Source: Kiritimatiellia bacterium (GTDB lineage: Bacteria; Verrucomicrobiota; Kiritimatiellia; RFP12; JAAYLN01). From it: a stretch of 64,000 bases of DNA. Below, one piece after another: positions 36,287 to 45,689 of this stretch. Within the stretch, counting starts at the first letter, position 1. Each line of letters starts with the position of its first letter. The notes beneath the pieces are model-generated. The model was not told the origin of the DNA, made no database searches, and saw nothing but the letters and a program-made list of their open reading frames with translations. The translations under genes and the position numbers were made by a program. The stretch spans positions 24,575 to 88,574 of the forward strand of contig JAZUMF010000117.1 of the NCBI GenBank assembly GCA_045603485.1, given 5' to 3'.

Positions 36287-38380
36287 TTACATCACAACTA
36301 TCGTAACTTCTGCTGGCGTTTTTTGCGGATCTAACGGTACGGCGGTTATAGTATGTTTACCAACTGGAAAGTTATACGATTTTGTATTTTGCTCTAATGG
36401 ATTTCCATCTATAAACCAGACGACATCGTTATGGCTAGATCTCAGTAGGAGAGTTACAGATGTTTCTTCACCGTTTCTATGGTAAACCTTTGGCGCAGGG
36501 GATAAAATCACAACCTTGCCGACGGTTGTATTGCAGGGGACGCAAGGGTTTAGCGGAATGTTTTTCAAAGCCCTTCCGTTCGATTTTTCTTTGCAGCCGC
36601 TTGTTGCTAAAAGCCCCGATTCTTTGCAGAGCTCTACGCGTTCAGAGTAGTCATTACGCTCAAGCCAGAAGGGTGGTTTCTCTTTAGCGTAAAGCATTTG
36701 GAATATTTCGCCGACAACAGGAGCGGCAACTTTTGCGCCAATTAAACTTGATGAGCGTTCTCCGTTTTTATTCCCGAACCAAACCCCAAGAACATAATCG
36801 GTTGTGTAGCCTACACACCACGCATCGCAGTTGTTGTTTGATGTGCCTGTTTTCCAGGCTATCGAATGCGATGTGCCCGGTAACGGGTTGCTTCTTAATA
36901 TTTCTGCTAGCATAGCTCTTGCGGAATCGTTGATGGGGCCATTTATTTCAGGGATAATTCTTTGATATGCCTTTACGATATCGTAGAGCCGATATCCGGC
37001 AGTTCCCAACGCCAGCGAAAGTCCATTTGTCTTGACTTGGTCGTCAGTTGCCAGACCAAGCGAAGAAAGGGTTCTGTTTATCCGTGCTTCACCAAGGTGT
37101 GACAAAAGGCGTATTACCGGGGTATTATACGAATTTGACAGCGCTTCAAAGACTGGCACTCTGCCTCTGAATTTTCCGTCAAAATTTTTTGGCTTATATC
37201 CGGCATATCTTACCGGCGCATCAAGCAATGTCGTGTCGCTTACGATATAACCGGCGCAAAGAGCTTCATAATAAATGAAGGGCTTTATGAGAGAGCCTGC
37301 ACTTCTGATTGACTTTACGACATCGACTTGTCCGCCATCTGGTGACTTAAAATCTAAAGTTCCGACATAGGCTATAGTATCTCCGCTCTTAGCATCAATA
37401 AGAAAAGCGGCTGCATCTCTGACATCGGGAAGCGTGTTGACTTTTTTTGAGAGGATGTTACGGATGCGGTCTGTGATTCTTGAGTCAATAGTCAATATTT
37501 GAGTTTGAGGATCCCCGTGAACAAACGGCTTGTCCGTATCAATTATAAAGCCGAGCTCGCGGGCCTCGCTTGCCTTTTCAAAATCGGCAGGCTCATCAAA
37601 ATTTCGATATGGCAATCTCTCGTGATAAAATATCCTATCTGCCTCTTCTCTCGTCATGTATCCTTCACGCACCTGAGAATCCAATACTCTGCTTTGCCTG
37701 ACCTTTGCCAAATCAGGATGCCTGTCTGGCCGAAAGCGGTTAGGCAATTGCGGAATGCCGCAAAGCACGCTTGCTTCGACTATTGTTAAATCTCCTGGTG
37801 TTTTTCCGAAGTAATATCTTGACGCGGCACCTAACCCATAAATTGAGCCTCCATACGGAACATTGTTGAAGTAGGCCTCCAAAATTTCCCGTTTGGAATG
37901 AAGACGCTCCATCTTTCTTGCTTTAGCCGCCTGAAGAAATTTCTCCCCTAATTTACGCCTTCTTCCCAAATAATCCATCGCCGCAACTTGCATGCTGATA
38001 GTAGAGGCTCCTGACAGTACGCGCCCGGCGATGAGATTTTGAGTAAAGGCTCTTGCGATAGCTATATAGTCAACGCCGTGATGGTGAAAAAACCGTTCAT
38101 CTTCGGTGTTTATCATAAACGAGACCACATCGTCAGGTATATCATCAAGCGACACATCGAATCGCCATTCGTAATTCCATGTGCGTTCATAATACAGCGG
38201 AATCCCGTTTCTGTCACACCAAATTCTAACAGGTGTACGCTTATAGACTTTAGGTAGTGGGTCGTCTACAAAATATGGCGCCAAAAGCCAAGCTGCCGCC
38301 ACACAAATTATCAGTGTGGCGACAGTAATTCCGACATAACGGAAAGTGCGATATATACGCTTCCTGTTACCTTGTTTCAT
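36287..38380 (-). CDS. pbpC: Penicillin-binding protein 1C
   Basis: EDERFFHHHGVD, SGASTISMQ, SAGSLIKP, SYN, KTGTS; directly downstream of alpha-2-macroglobulin. Confidence 0.93.
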   Translation of the reverse strand: MKQGNRKRIYRTFRYVGITVATLIICVAAAWLLAPYFVDDPLPKVYKRTPVRIWCDRNGIPLYYERTWNYEWRFDVSLDDIPDDVVSFMINTEDERFFHHHGVDYIAIARAFTQNLIAGRVLSGASTISMQVAAMDYLGRRRKLGEKFLQAAKARKMERLHSKREILEAYFNNVPYGGSIYGLGAASRYYFGKTPGDLTIVEASVLCGIPQLPNRFRPDRHPDLAKVRQSRVLDSQVREGYMTREEADRIFYHERLPYRNFDEPADFEKASEARELGFIIDTDKPFVHGDPQTQILTIDSRITDRIRNILSKKVNTLPDVRDAAAFLIDAKSGDTIAYVGTLDFKSPDGGQVDVVKSIRSAGSLIKPFIYYEALCAGYIVSDTTLLDAPVRYAGYKPKNFDGKFRGRVPVFEALSNSYNTPVIRLLSHLGEARINRTLSSLGLATDDQVKTNGLSLALGTAGYRLYDIVKAYQRIIPEINGPINDSARAMLAEILRSNPLPGTSHSIAWKTGTSNNNCDAWCVGYTTDYVLGVWFGNKNGERSSSLIGAKVAAPVVGEIFQMLYAKEKPPFWLERNDYSERVELCKESGLLATSGCKEKSNGRALKNIPLNPCVPCNTTVGKVVILSPAPKVYHRNGEETSVTLLLRSSHNDVVWFIDGNPLEQNTKSYNFPVGKHTITAVPLDPQKTPAEVTIVVM

Positions 38381-41300
38381 TACTCGATAACTATAGTCTT
38401 GCCGGGAATATAGTCACCGCGGAGGTCCGGGTTGTACATATCCTCAATTATGATTTGAGGTATTGTGTATACGCCGGGTGTGACGGCACGAAGTGTGTAA
38501 GTGATCGTGGATGGGGTGTCTTTGTCAGCCTTTGGAAGGTATCCGAACCACAGCCACCTGTCATCGCGGATTTCAGATGATCCATGCAATTTACTGTTGT
38601 TAGAGAGATTTGCATTAGGGATGACACTGGAGCGCGTAGCCAAGGTCACATCCTCAAGTTCAAAGCCTCCAGGCACCAAATCAACAAGAACCGTTCTGTC
38701 AATATCCACTGGAGAGGCGATATTGACAACAACCGTTATAAGGCTTCCAGATGCAACCTTTGAAATGGGATTGCCATCATCATCTACATACGATTTTGAG
38801 ATTGAAATCATATTGTTCCTCTTAATCGGTTTTTTAGGAATACCGGCAGTTTCAACCTTGGCGAAGAGCATATCCTTTGAACGAATCTGAATCAAGTCGT
38901 CAATTTTCCTTTCAACGACAAATGGCTTTTGAGAAACATTAAACTCTTTTTCAACTGTTCCAACTTTAACAGTTCCCGTTGCATTGCCGATTTCAAGCAT
39001 TTGAGCGAATGATGCAAGACCCAGTACAGACCAGCTGTTGTCCCTCGTTGTACCCCAAGCGGAGCCGTCGTCACGGAGAGAGTTGTTCAAGATCGCGATG
39101 ATTGGTGTAAGCTTGGCATAATCGCGATACCCCGCCTTGGCAGCCATAAAGAGGGCCATGCCGAGGTTTTTGATACGGTCCCAATCCGATTCGGTCTCCC
39201 ATGCCCGCGATGCTATTGCCTTTTCAAATATTGCAATACCCTCTGAAGCATATCCAAACCTCATCATTGCAGCAGAGACAACCAATGCCGCAAAATCATC
39301 ATCGCCTTGCGATATCACATTAAGGGCATTGATAATAAAGCTGCTGTCGCCGTTTACCGCGAGAGCATAAACGGCATATGCTCTATCCATGCGGTTTTCG
39401 GGAGCGGCATTGGCAGCAACATCTCTTAGCCACGACCTCTGAAGGTTGCGGAATCTATTGTCAATCTTGAGAAGCCCCATCCTTTCAGCCTCAAAGATGA
39501 AGTGGTTCGCGAAGATTGAACCGTAAATCCACGGTGAACGACCGTTGGGCCACATCGCAAAGGAGCCATCACCGCATTGCATCTGCATAATCAGGGCAAA
39601 GGCCTCCTTGACTTTAAGATTTGCCTGAGCGTCAAGTGTTTCATCTATAACGCCAAGCTTCAAAAGGTCACCTGCGACAAGAAAGGGGAAGGCCGCCGAT
39701 GTGGTCTGCTCCAGACACCCGTAGGGATACTCGGCAAGCCACTCAAGCGATTCTGAGATTGCGAGCAGCGGCATTGAGGAGAGTTCTACTTTAGAGAGTG
39801 TATTGCTATGCCAATCGTCGGCAAGCGAAGCTAAATCCAAGACGCCATTCGTAAGTGCCAGATACTCAACAGATGTCACAGTAGCCATTTGAGGACGAAC
39901 GGTAATAAAGACCTTCTCCTCCACAACGCTATTTCCAAGTGTAAGCTTAAATGAGATTATCTTATCACCTTGAGCTTCATTCGCAATCGCCATCTCAAAG
40001 TCTTCAATGGTGGACGCGCCCTTTGCGAGACGCCCATTGCGCTTTAAAATAGTTTTGCCATCAGAAGAAAGACCATCAGGTAAAGCGACCTCAAGTGTCC
40101 ACTCGCCCTCATCCGTCTCATGGTTGAAAATTGTCGATGTAAGCTTAAAGCGGTCACCGCCGACTGCAAAGCGGGGAGCAGACGGTACTACAGATATCTT
40201 ATTTCGAAGAATAATCGTCTCCTCGGTTGAGCCGACAGCGGAATCATTTGCCGCTACGGCTGTAAGACGCAGCGCGCCAAGATGTTCGGGGAAGGTTACA
40301 TCTACGGTAGCAACACCATTGGTTGAAACATAGATCGGGGGTAGGGTAAACCGCGCCGTCTCCTTTTGCTTTACAATCGAGTCACGCCTTTTGGAAGGTG
40401 CCATTAACGCAAGGTCACCGCCAAAAGTGCCATCGGGTAAAAGCTTTAACTCAGGATAGATTAAATGGAAGTAGTCAAAAAATGAAAACGGTAAACCAAA
40501 GTCGCGATCATAGAAGTGCTTATAAGCATTAACAACATGGAAGTTGCTCATTGCAGCCACGCCCTCATCGATGGCGCCAATCTTAACAACGCCAGAGACC
40601 GGTTCGCCATTTCTGTTTTTAAGCGTAACCTTAACCTTGGCAGTTTCACGGGGAAGAACCTTCTCAGGAAAATCAAGGGCTACATTAAGAAGTCTGGATT
40701 GAGTTGAATCGATCTTGAGCTTGGCAGTGCCGACAAGTCGACGCATTGTACCGTTCGCACCATCAGAAACCAAAGTGACGAATATGTTGTAGCAGCCAGC
40801 GATAATATCCGACGGAATCTGCAAAGATATTACATTCTTTCCGGCTACAACCTCTTGCGTCAAATAGTCGTTTATGCCATTAACTCCCGCGACAACCAGC
40901 AGGCTGCCTGAATTAGGCGCATAAAACGAAACCTCAGCCTTATCGCCAGGCTTAAAAGATGGCGCAAGCGGTGTCAGTATCAGATCGGCGATATTCTGAG
41001 TACGCTCGCTGCTTTCTCCTTCCCAATGCCAAAATTCAATTGTAGAGACTGTATTGTTATCGCCCTTGACTGTAAGAATATACTGCCCTGCCGGAAGCTC
41101 ATTGGATGCATACTCAATAGACCCGGTATAGGAGCAGGGGCTTTCAACTGCAATCTTCAAGGTTCTGGATAACTCATCAAGCTTTACCAGCTCCTCACGC
41201 CAATCAACATCTATTTTACTCTGAGAATAGTTAGATACCAGATGCCGCTTCCATTCCTTACGGGCAAGAGAGACCGATATCTCATTAAACGGCAATGTCG

Positions 41301-43251
41301 AGTTTGTCGTATTATAAACGGCCGGCAATAGAGTAACATCGAACGACACCTTGTCGTCGGTGGTTTTACCCTCACGAAGTCCCAAATACCAGTCACTCTC
41401 AAAATATGTAACCGTATCGCTGGCAGAAACTGTTCGTCCGCCAGGTTCTTGAACATCAGCTAAAGCCGTAAGAGCCACCGGATAAGACGTACCGGAAACC
41501 GAGTTCTCCTTTAAGCTGGAGTAAGTGTAGGAAAACTTGCCGTTTTCAAGTTCAGGCTCAACCTTTAGCATTTTCTGTTTGAAAGGCAGATTAGTGCCGA
41601 CTGTCCAACCTCGCCAATGGCGAGGTTTTTTAGCGCGGTTGACGATAAATGTAATTTTGCAGTCTCCGTTAGCCACAGGCTCGCCAAAGTAATAATCGGC
41701 ATTACCAATAAATTCAACCTTATTGTCAAAACCCACAACCTCATCAACTGATGACTTAAGTCCTACCGCAAATCGGTCAGGAACATAAGCTGCAATATAC
41801 ATCGGCATAGAGTGCAGTTGTGAAGAGCCAACCTTACAGTAAACCATCCATTCGCCGACAGCCGCATCAACCGGCACCTTCCAAGATGTCGATGCCAAGC
41901 CATGGTCGTCCGTCACAAGACGCCTAGATTCAATCAAGTTGTAATTGGCATCATAAAGTGAAAGTTCGACAGGGGCGCGAGTCATAGCCTTTGAACCGTC
42001 TTTTGCGGCAGTCCGCACCAAAACGGAAGATTCAAATGTTTCGCCCGGGCGACAAAGCTCGCGCTCTGAAAATACGAGAGCTGATGGTCCATTGTAAGAC
42101 TTAAAAGAGTTAGACGCTTCCTTCAGATTGGTACAATCAAAATCAATATAAGTAAAGTCGTCTTCAGTCCTGACTTCAACACCGACGATCTTTTCATTGC
42201 CGTCATATTTAAAACGGGGATCCGGCTTAATAATTGCAAGACCGCGGGAGTCGGTAGTGGCCGTGCCGGCAATCTGATGCGTCTTCGTATATGCAACAAC
42301 CTTCGCGCCGGAAACGGCTTTTGCATCGCTAAAACCCGTTACAAAAACCAATAAACGGGAATTAACGCCGGGCTCAGTGAAAACCTGCGGCGCTAAATCT
42401 GTAAGAGCAAAGGTAAACTCGTCTCTGGCATTAGTTTTTTTATCAAAGAGTTCAACTTTATAGAAGCCCTTGTTGAAATTAGTCATAAACTGAGATAAGT
42501 CAAGCATGCTGTGAAGCATCAGATCTTTTGGACCGGTGATTTTTGCATGTCCTTTTACAATAAGGGCACTCTTTTGAAAAATCATTGCCCAATTCGACCA
42601 AAAGACGCTGCTGAAACCATAGATGGGAAGATTTGAATCGTATGCTTTAAAAATCGAAACTTCATATTCTTCAACTCCAAGAGATGAAATCGGAAATTTA
42701 ATTCCATCTCGTGACGCAGGATAGAAAAGTCCGTTGTTTATCGCCCTCAAGATAGGTATAGCCTTTGCGGTTTTATAAGACCGCTCAATTTCCGATGAAA
42801 GTTTCAAGCCGCTATCTGTAGCCCAACCGCTGGCAAATGTGAAGGTATATGAGGTGTCAGCCTTAAAATCGCCATCAAGCCTGACACGGCCATTGCCGAA
42901 AACTTTCCATGAGAAATTCTTTACCTCAGGAGAAACCTTAATTGCCACACCATTTGTCGGAGGTAAAAGATTTTCCTCAACAGGACAAAAGTTGGCAACC
43001 AGATATGAGTCGTAATATGTATCAGACTTTTGTATTGGTGTTACGGTTAATGGCACAGAGACTTTAGCCTTTGCGGCATCAAGTATGGCTGCATTTGCAG
43101 TCTCTTGTGAAATAGCTTGAGCCTCTGACCGTGAAATCGTATTCTGCTCATAGCGTCTTTGCTTCAAAAACAAAGAAAGAGTTGAAATTCCAAAAAATAC
43201 CACCAACATGGAAAGTATTACAAGAACGGTTATAGTGCATTTCTTTGACAT
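38380..43251 (-). CDS. Bacterial alpha-2-macroglobulin
   Basis: 1623 aa; ER.LCRPGE, YVPDRF, AIDEG, PRF..GD, thioester YPYGCLEQ, DLVPGGFE, RAVTPG.Y, EDMYNP. Confidence 0.95.
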   Translation of the reverse strand: MSKKCTITVLVILSMLVVFFGISTLSLFLKQRRYEQNTISRSEAQAISQETANAAILDAAKAKVSVPLTVTPIQKSDTYYDSYLVANFCPVEENLLPPTNGVAIKVSPEVKNFSWKVFGNGRVRLDGDFKADTSYTFTFASGWATDSGLKLSSEIERSYKTAKAIPILRAINNGLFYPASRDGIKFPISSLGVEEYEVSIFKAYDSNLPIYGFSSVFWSNWAMIFQKSALIVKGHAKITGPKDLMLHSMLDLSQFMTNFNKGFYKVELFDKKTNARDEFTFALTDLAPQVFTEPGVNSRLLVFVTGFSDAKAVSGAKVVAYTKTHQIAGTATTDSRGLAIIKPDPRFKYDGNEKIVGVEVRTEDDFTYIDFDCTNLKEASNSFKSYNGPSALVFSERELCRPGETFESSVLVRTAAKDGSKAMTRAPVELSLYDANYNLIESRRLVTDDHGLASTSWKVPVDAAVGEWMVYCKVGSSQLHSMPMYIAAYVPDRFAVGLKSSVDEVVGFDNKVEFIGNADYYFGEPVANGDCKITFIVNRAKKPRHWRGWTVGTNLPFKQKMLKVEPELENGKFSYTYSSLKENSVSGTSYPVALTALADVQEPGGRTVSASDTVTYFESDWYLGLREGKTTDDKVSFDVTLLPAVYNTTNSTLPFNEISVSLARKEWKRHLVSNYSQSKIDVDWREELVKLDELSRTLKIAVESPCSYTGSIEYASNELPAGQYILTVKGDNNTVSTIEFWHWEGESSERTQNIADLILTPLAPSFKPGDKAEVSFYAPNSGSLLVVAGVNGINDYLTQEVVAGKNVISLQIPSDIIAGCYNIFVTLVSDGANGTMRRLVGTAKLKIDSTQSRLLNVALDFPEKVLPRETAKVKVTLKNRNGEPVSGVVKIGAIDEGVAAMSNFHVVNAYKHFYDRDFGLPFSFFDYFHLIYPELKLLPDGTFGGDLALMAPSKRRDSIVKQKETARFTLPPIYVSTNGVATVDVTFPEHLGALRLTAVAANDSAVGSTEETIILRNKISVVPSAPRFAVGGDRFKLTSTIFNHETDEGEWTLEVALPDGLSSDGKTILKRNGRLAKGASTIEDFEMAIANEAQGDKIISFKLTLGNSVVEEKVFITVRPQMATVTSVEYLALTNGVLDLASLADDWHSNTLSKVELSSMPLLAISESLEWLAEYPYGCLEQTTSAAFPFLVAGDLLKLGVIDETLDAQANLKVKEAFALIMQMQCGDGSFAMWPNGRSPWIYGSIFANHFIFEAERMGLLKIDNRFRNLQRSWLRDVAANAAPENRMDRAYAVYALAVNGDSSFIINALNVISQGDDDFAALVVSAAMMRFGYASEGIAIFEKAIASRAWETESDWDRIKNLGMALFMAAKAGYRDYAKLTPIIAILNNSLRDDGSAWGTTRDNSWSVLGLASFAQMLEIGNATGTVKVGTVEKEFNVSQKPFVVERKIDDLIQIRSKDMLFAKVETAGIPKKPIKRNNMISISKSYVDDDGNPISKVASGSLITVVVNIASPVDIDRTVLVDLVPGGFELEDVTLATRSSVIPNANLSNNSKLHGSSEIRDDRWLWFGYLPKADKDTPSTITYTLRAVTPGVYTIPQIIIEDMYNPDLRGDYIPGKTIVIE

Positions 43252-43293
43252 AGCAATTTTCCTAAAAATAAGTAAAGAACGAAAAAAAATAAT

Positions 43294-43314
43294 CTAGACT
43301 TCAAACAAGTCTAG
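43294..43314. promoter_or_regulatory. Palindrome upstream of the alpha-2-macroglobulin operon (possible operator)
   Basis: CTAGACTT-CAAAC-AAGTCTAG, perfect 8-bp arms, 42 nt from the start codon. Confidence 0.4.
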
Positions 43315-43394
43315 TTTATATAAAAACTTTACCATTATTATAGATATTATAATGATTTTTTTTGATGTTTTCAATAGAAAAAAATCGGCGCAGA

Positions 43395-43489
43395 GGCTGC
43401 GCCTGGCGAAACCCTATTGGGACTGCGCCTGGCGAAACCTGGGCTGCGGTTGGCGAAACCCTGTTGGATAGGCTGCGCCTGGCGGGACC
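43395..43489. repeat. Four 19-bp REP-like direct repeats (GGCTGCGCCTGGCGAAACC consensus)
   Basis: Copies at 43395, 43421, 43442 and 43471; internal CGCC-T-GGCG palindrome; the array ends 6 nt from the HUH gene stop. Confidence 0.9.
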
Positions 43490-43495
43490 AGCTTT

Positions 43496-44491
43496 CTAAC
43501 GATGATGAAGAAGAGCTTGAGTAGTTGGTTTAGAGCCGAGGTAGCTGATCGCTTCGGAATCAATGCCGCAAATTTCAGCTCCAAGCGCATTTATCGCGAA
43601 GCAGCGTTCGCGCGTAAGGGGCTCTTTCTTCGTAATCGGCGCAAAGGGCGAGAGCATCAGGAGCTTCCCGTCGGCGCAGGCTGTGAAGTAATCACCTTGC
43701 GGTTTGAAATAGGGCCCGAAGCCGCGCGGAATTATCGCAATAAGAGGCAGCGACGCTTCGCGCACGGCCTTGGCGACGGCTTGCTCGCCCGGCGAGATGC
43801 ATCCGGATACCGCAACTCCACCGCGCTCTCCGTGAAGAAGAGCTTTTTCAACAATTGCCGCGATTTCGCTCTCGCTCGCTCTTCTCGAAACCTGGATAAG
43901 CATTTTATCGGTCGCGTCCAAGAGAAAGTGATTTCCTACGGCATCACACCTTTTATCATTCGGGAGCGCGATCGAGCGCGTTACTTTGAAAAGTTCGGGA
44001 TTTTGCATGACAGCCCAGCGTCTTTCGACATTTTGATGAATGTAGGCTGCCTTTCTTTTAAGCTGACCTTTCGAAAAGAGAATCGTGTCGTAAAGGCCGG
44101 GGAACCAGAAGGTCGGCGAACCATCAAAGAGTATCGGAGTTTCAAGTGCGGCATTGGCCTTGGTGCATGCGATTTTGAAGCTGCGGATGATTTCTCCGAG
44201 AGGCGAATCAAGGCGCTTGTGAATCCTGATAATCCCATGGAAATGTTCGGGCATTACCGCATATTCGCAAGGCTCAACTTCGGGGAAGACGGAGCTGAGA
44301 TTTCGCCAAGCTTCGGTAACTTTTTCACCGAGCGGAGAGAGGGTCATTTTACTGTCAATGATTTTGCCGAGAATGGGGCGGCGTTCTTTAACCGTAAGCG
44401 TAATCATATAAATCCATGGCTGGCAATAATCCCAACCCGGGAGGCGAATTCCAGATTTAAGATGACCATTTTTATCGCGGCGGCTTTTCAT
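43496..44491 (-). mobile_element. HUH/Y1 tyrosine transposase (RAYT/IS200-like) fused to a DprA/SLOG-like C-terminal domain
   Basis: IRLPGWDY..PWIYMIT, VMPEHFHGII (HUH), FW..GLYD, YI.QN (catalytic Tyr); then AVGN..LL, VSRR, VSGCISPGE, GKLLMLSP. Confidence 0.85.
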
Positions 44492-44594
44492 GGCGATTAT
44501 TATAGCAAAAAAAAGTTGTTGTAGGTGAAATGAGTTTTTTATAAAATTATCTCAGTAAAAAGTTAAATTAACTGATTGGTAGATAAAGGAGGTC

Positions 44595-45434
44595 ATGATG
44601 AATAAGGGTATTGTCACATCGCTTGTTTTGGCAGCATCGATTTGTTCTGCTGTTGGGGATATTCAGCTCCCTTCACCGAGGAAGCGCGGCGGAAAGGATA
44701 TGATGGAGGTCTTTGCCGAGCGCAAATCTGCCCGTGATTTCTCGGAACAGGAGCTTTCTCTTAAGACGCTTTCTGATTTGCTTTGGGCTGCTAATGGAAT
44801 AAACCGCCCTGACGGTCACCGTACTGCACCAACGGGGATGAATGTTCAGGATATCGATGTCTATGTAATGCTGCCGTCAGGCGTTTACATTTATGATGCC
44901 AAGTCCAATCTTTTGAAGCTTGTCAATTCAGGCGACCATAGGGCTGTCGCCGGCAAGCAGGATTTTGCCCAAAAGGCCCCTCTCAATCTTTTCTATGTGC
45001 AGGATCGTTCCCGTACCAAGAAGGCTGATGAGGCGGGAGCGCAATTGTATGCGGGTGTCCATTCGGGTGCGATTATGCAAAATGTTTACCTCTATTGCGC
45101 AAATGCAGGCTTGATATCGGTTGCAAGGGCATTTTTGGACTATGAGGCTTGCTCGAAGGCCTTGAAGCTTGGGGCAAATCAGCGTTTGGTTTTGGGGCAA
45201 TCTGTAGGCTATCCGTCATCTGACGGCTATATCGGCAAGAAGGCTGCGCTGGATGCCGCCTTTAAGCATGCCGGCGTTGCCGAGGCTGATGCCCGTAGGG
45301 TTTCTTGCAAGCTTGACCGTGATGACGGTGTTATGGTCTACGAGATTGAGTTTAAGAACAACGGCTTTGAGTATGACTATGAGATTGACGCAAAATCAGG
45401 AAAGATTTTAGAGTCATCAAAGGAGCGTGACTGA
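44595..45434 (+). CDS. Exported nitroreductase-family (SagB/ThcOx-like) protein with C-terminal PepSY domain
   Basis: Signal peptide; RKSAR.F, LSDLLWAANGINR, RTAP, QNVYL, QSVGYP; then I...AL..A...LD.DDG..VYEIEF...YDYEIDAKSGKIL. Confidence 0.87.
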   Translation: MMNKGIVTSLVLAASICSAVGDIQLPSPRKRGGKDMMEVFAERKSARDFSEQELSLKTLSDLLWAANGINRPDGHRTAPTGMNVQDIDVYVMLPSGVYIYDAKSNLLKLVNSGDHRAVAGKQDFAQKAPLNLFYVQDRSRTKKADEAGAQLYAGVHSGAIMQNVYLYCANAGLISVARAFLDYEACSKALKLGANQRLVLGQSVGYPSSDGYIGKKAALDAAFKHAGVAEADARRVSCKLDRDDGVMVYEIEFKNNGFEYDYEIDAKSGKILESSKERD

Positions 45435-45462
45435 TTTTCAGTCCTGCCATTTACTTTGGTAT

Positions 45463-45504
45463 AAAAAACGCCAAATGAGTTTTTGCTCGTTTGGCATTTT
45501 TTTT
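45463..45504 (+). terminator. Intrinsic terminator
   Basis: GCCAAATGAG...CTCGTTTGGC followed by A-T8. Confidence 0.75.
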
Positions 45505-45689
45505 GGAAGTAGAATGTAGTTTAATCCGACAGTATATGGGTAAATGGTGAAAATGTGTATGGTATTTCCACATTTTGCACTGTTGACAACGATGTTTTAA
45601 AGGGGGTAAAATATGAATTAAAGGCACACTACATTTTTTTGCACTGAATGTAATGTGTTTTTTTCTGTAGGTGCAAAAAGGAATAGACA

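Noticed and set aside
30830-43316. Exact 14-mer AACTAGACTTGTTT upstream of both scpA (30830-30843) and alpha-2-macroglobulin (43303-43316, minus)
   Set aside because: Several 14-bp matches are expected by chance in 64 kb, only one copy is palindromic, and the genes are functionally unrelated.
43502-44524. 340-aa ORF antisense to the HUH gene
   Set aside because: It lies in codon register with the sense gene and has no motifs; best explained as a shadow of that gene's codon usage. Ribosome profiling would settle it.
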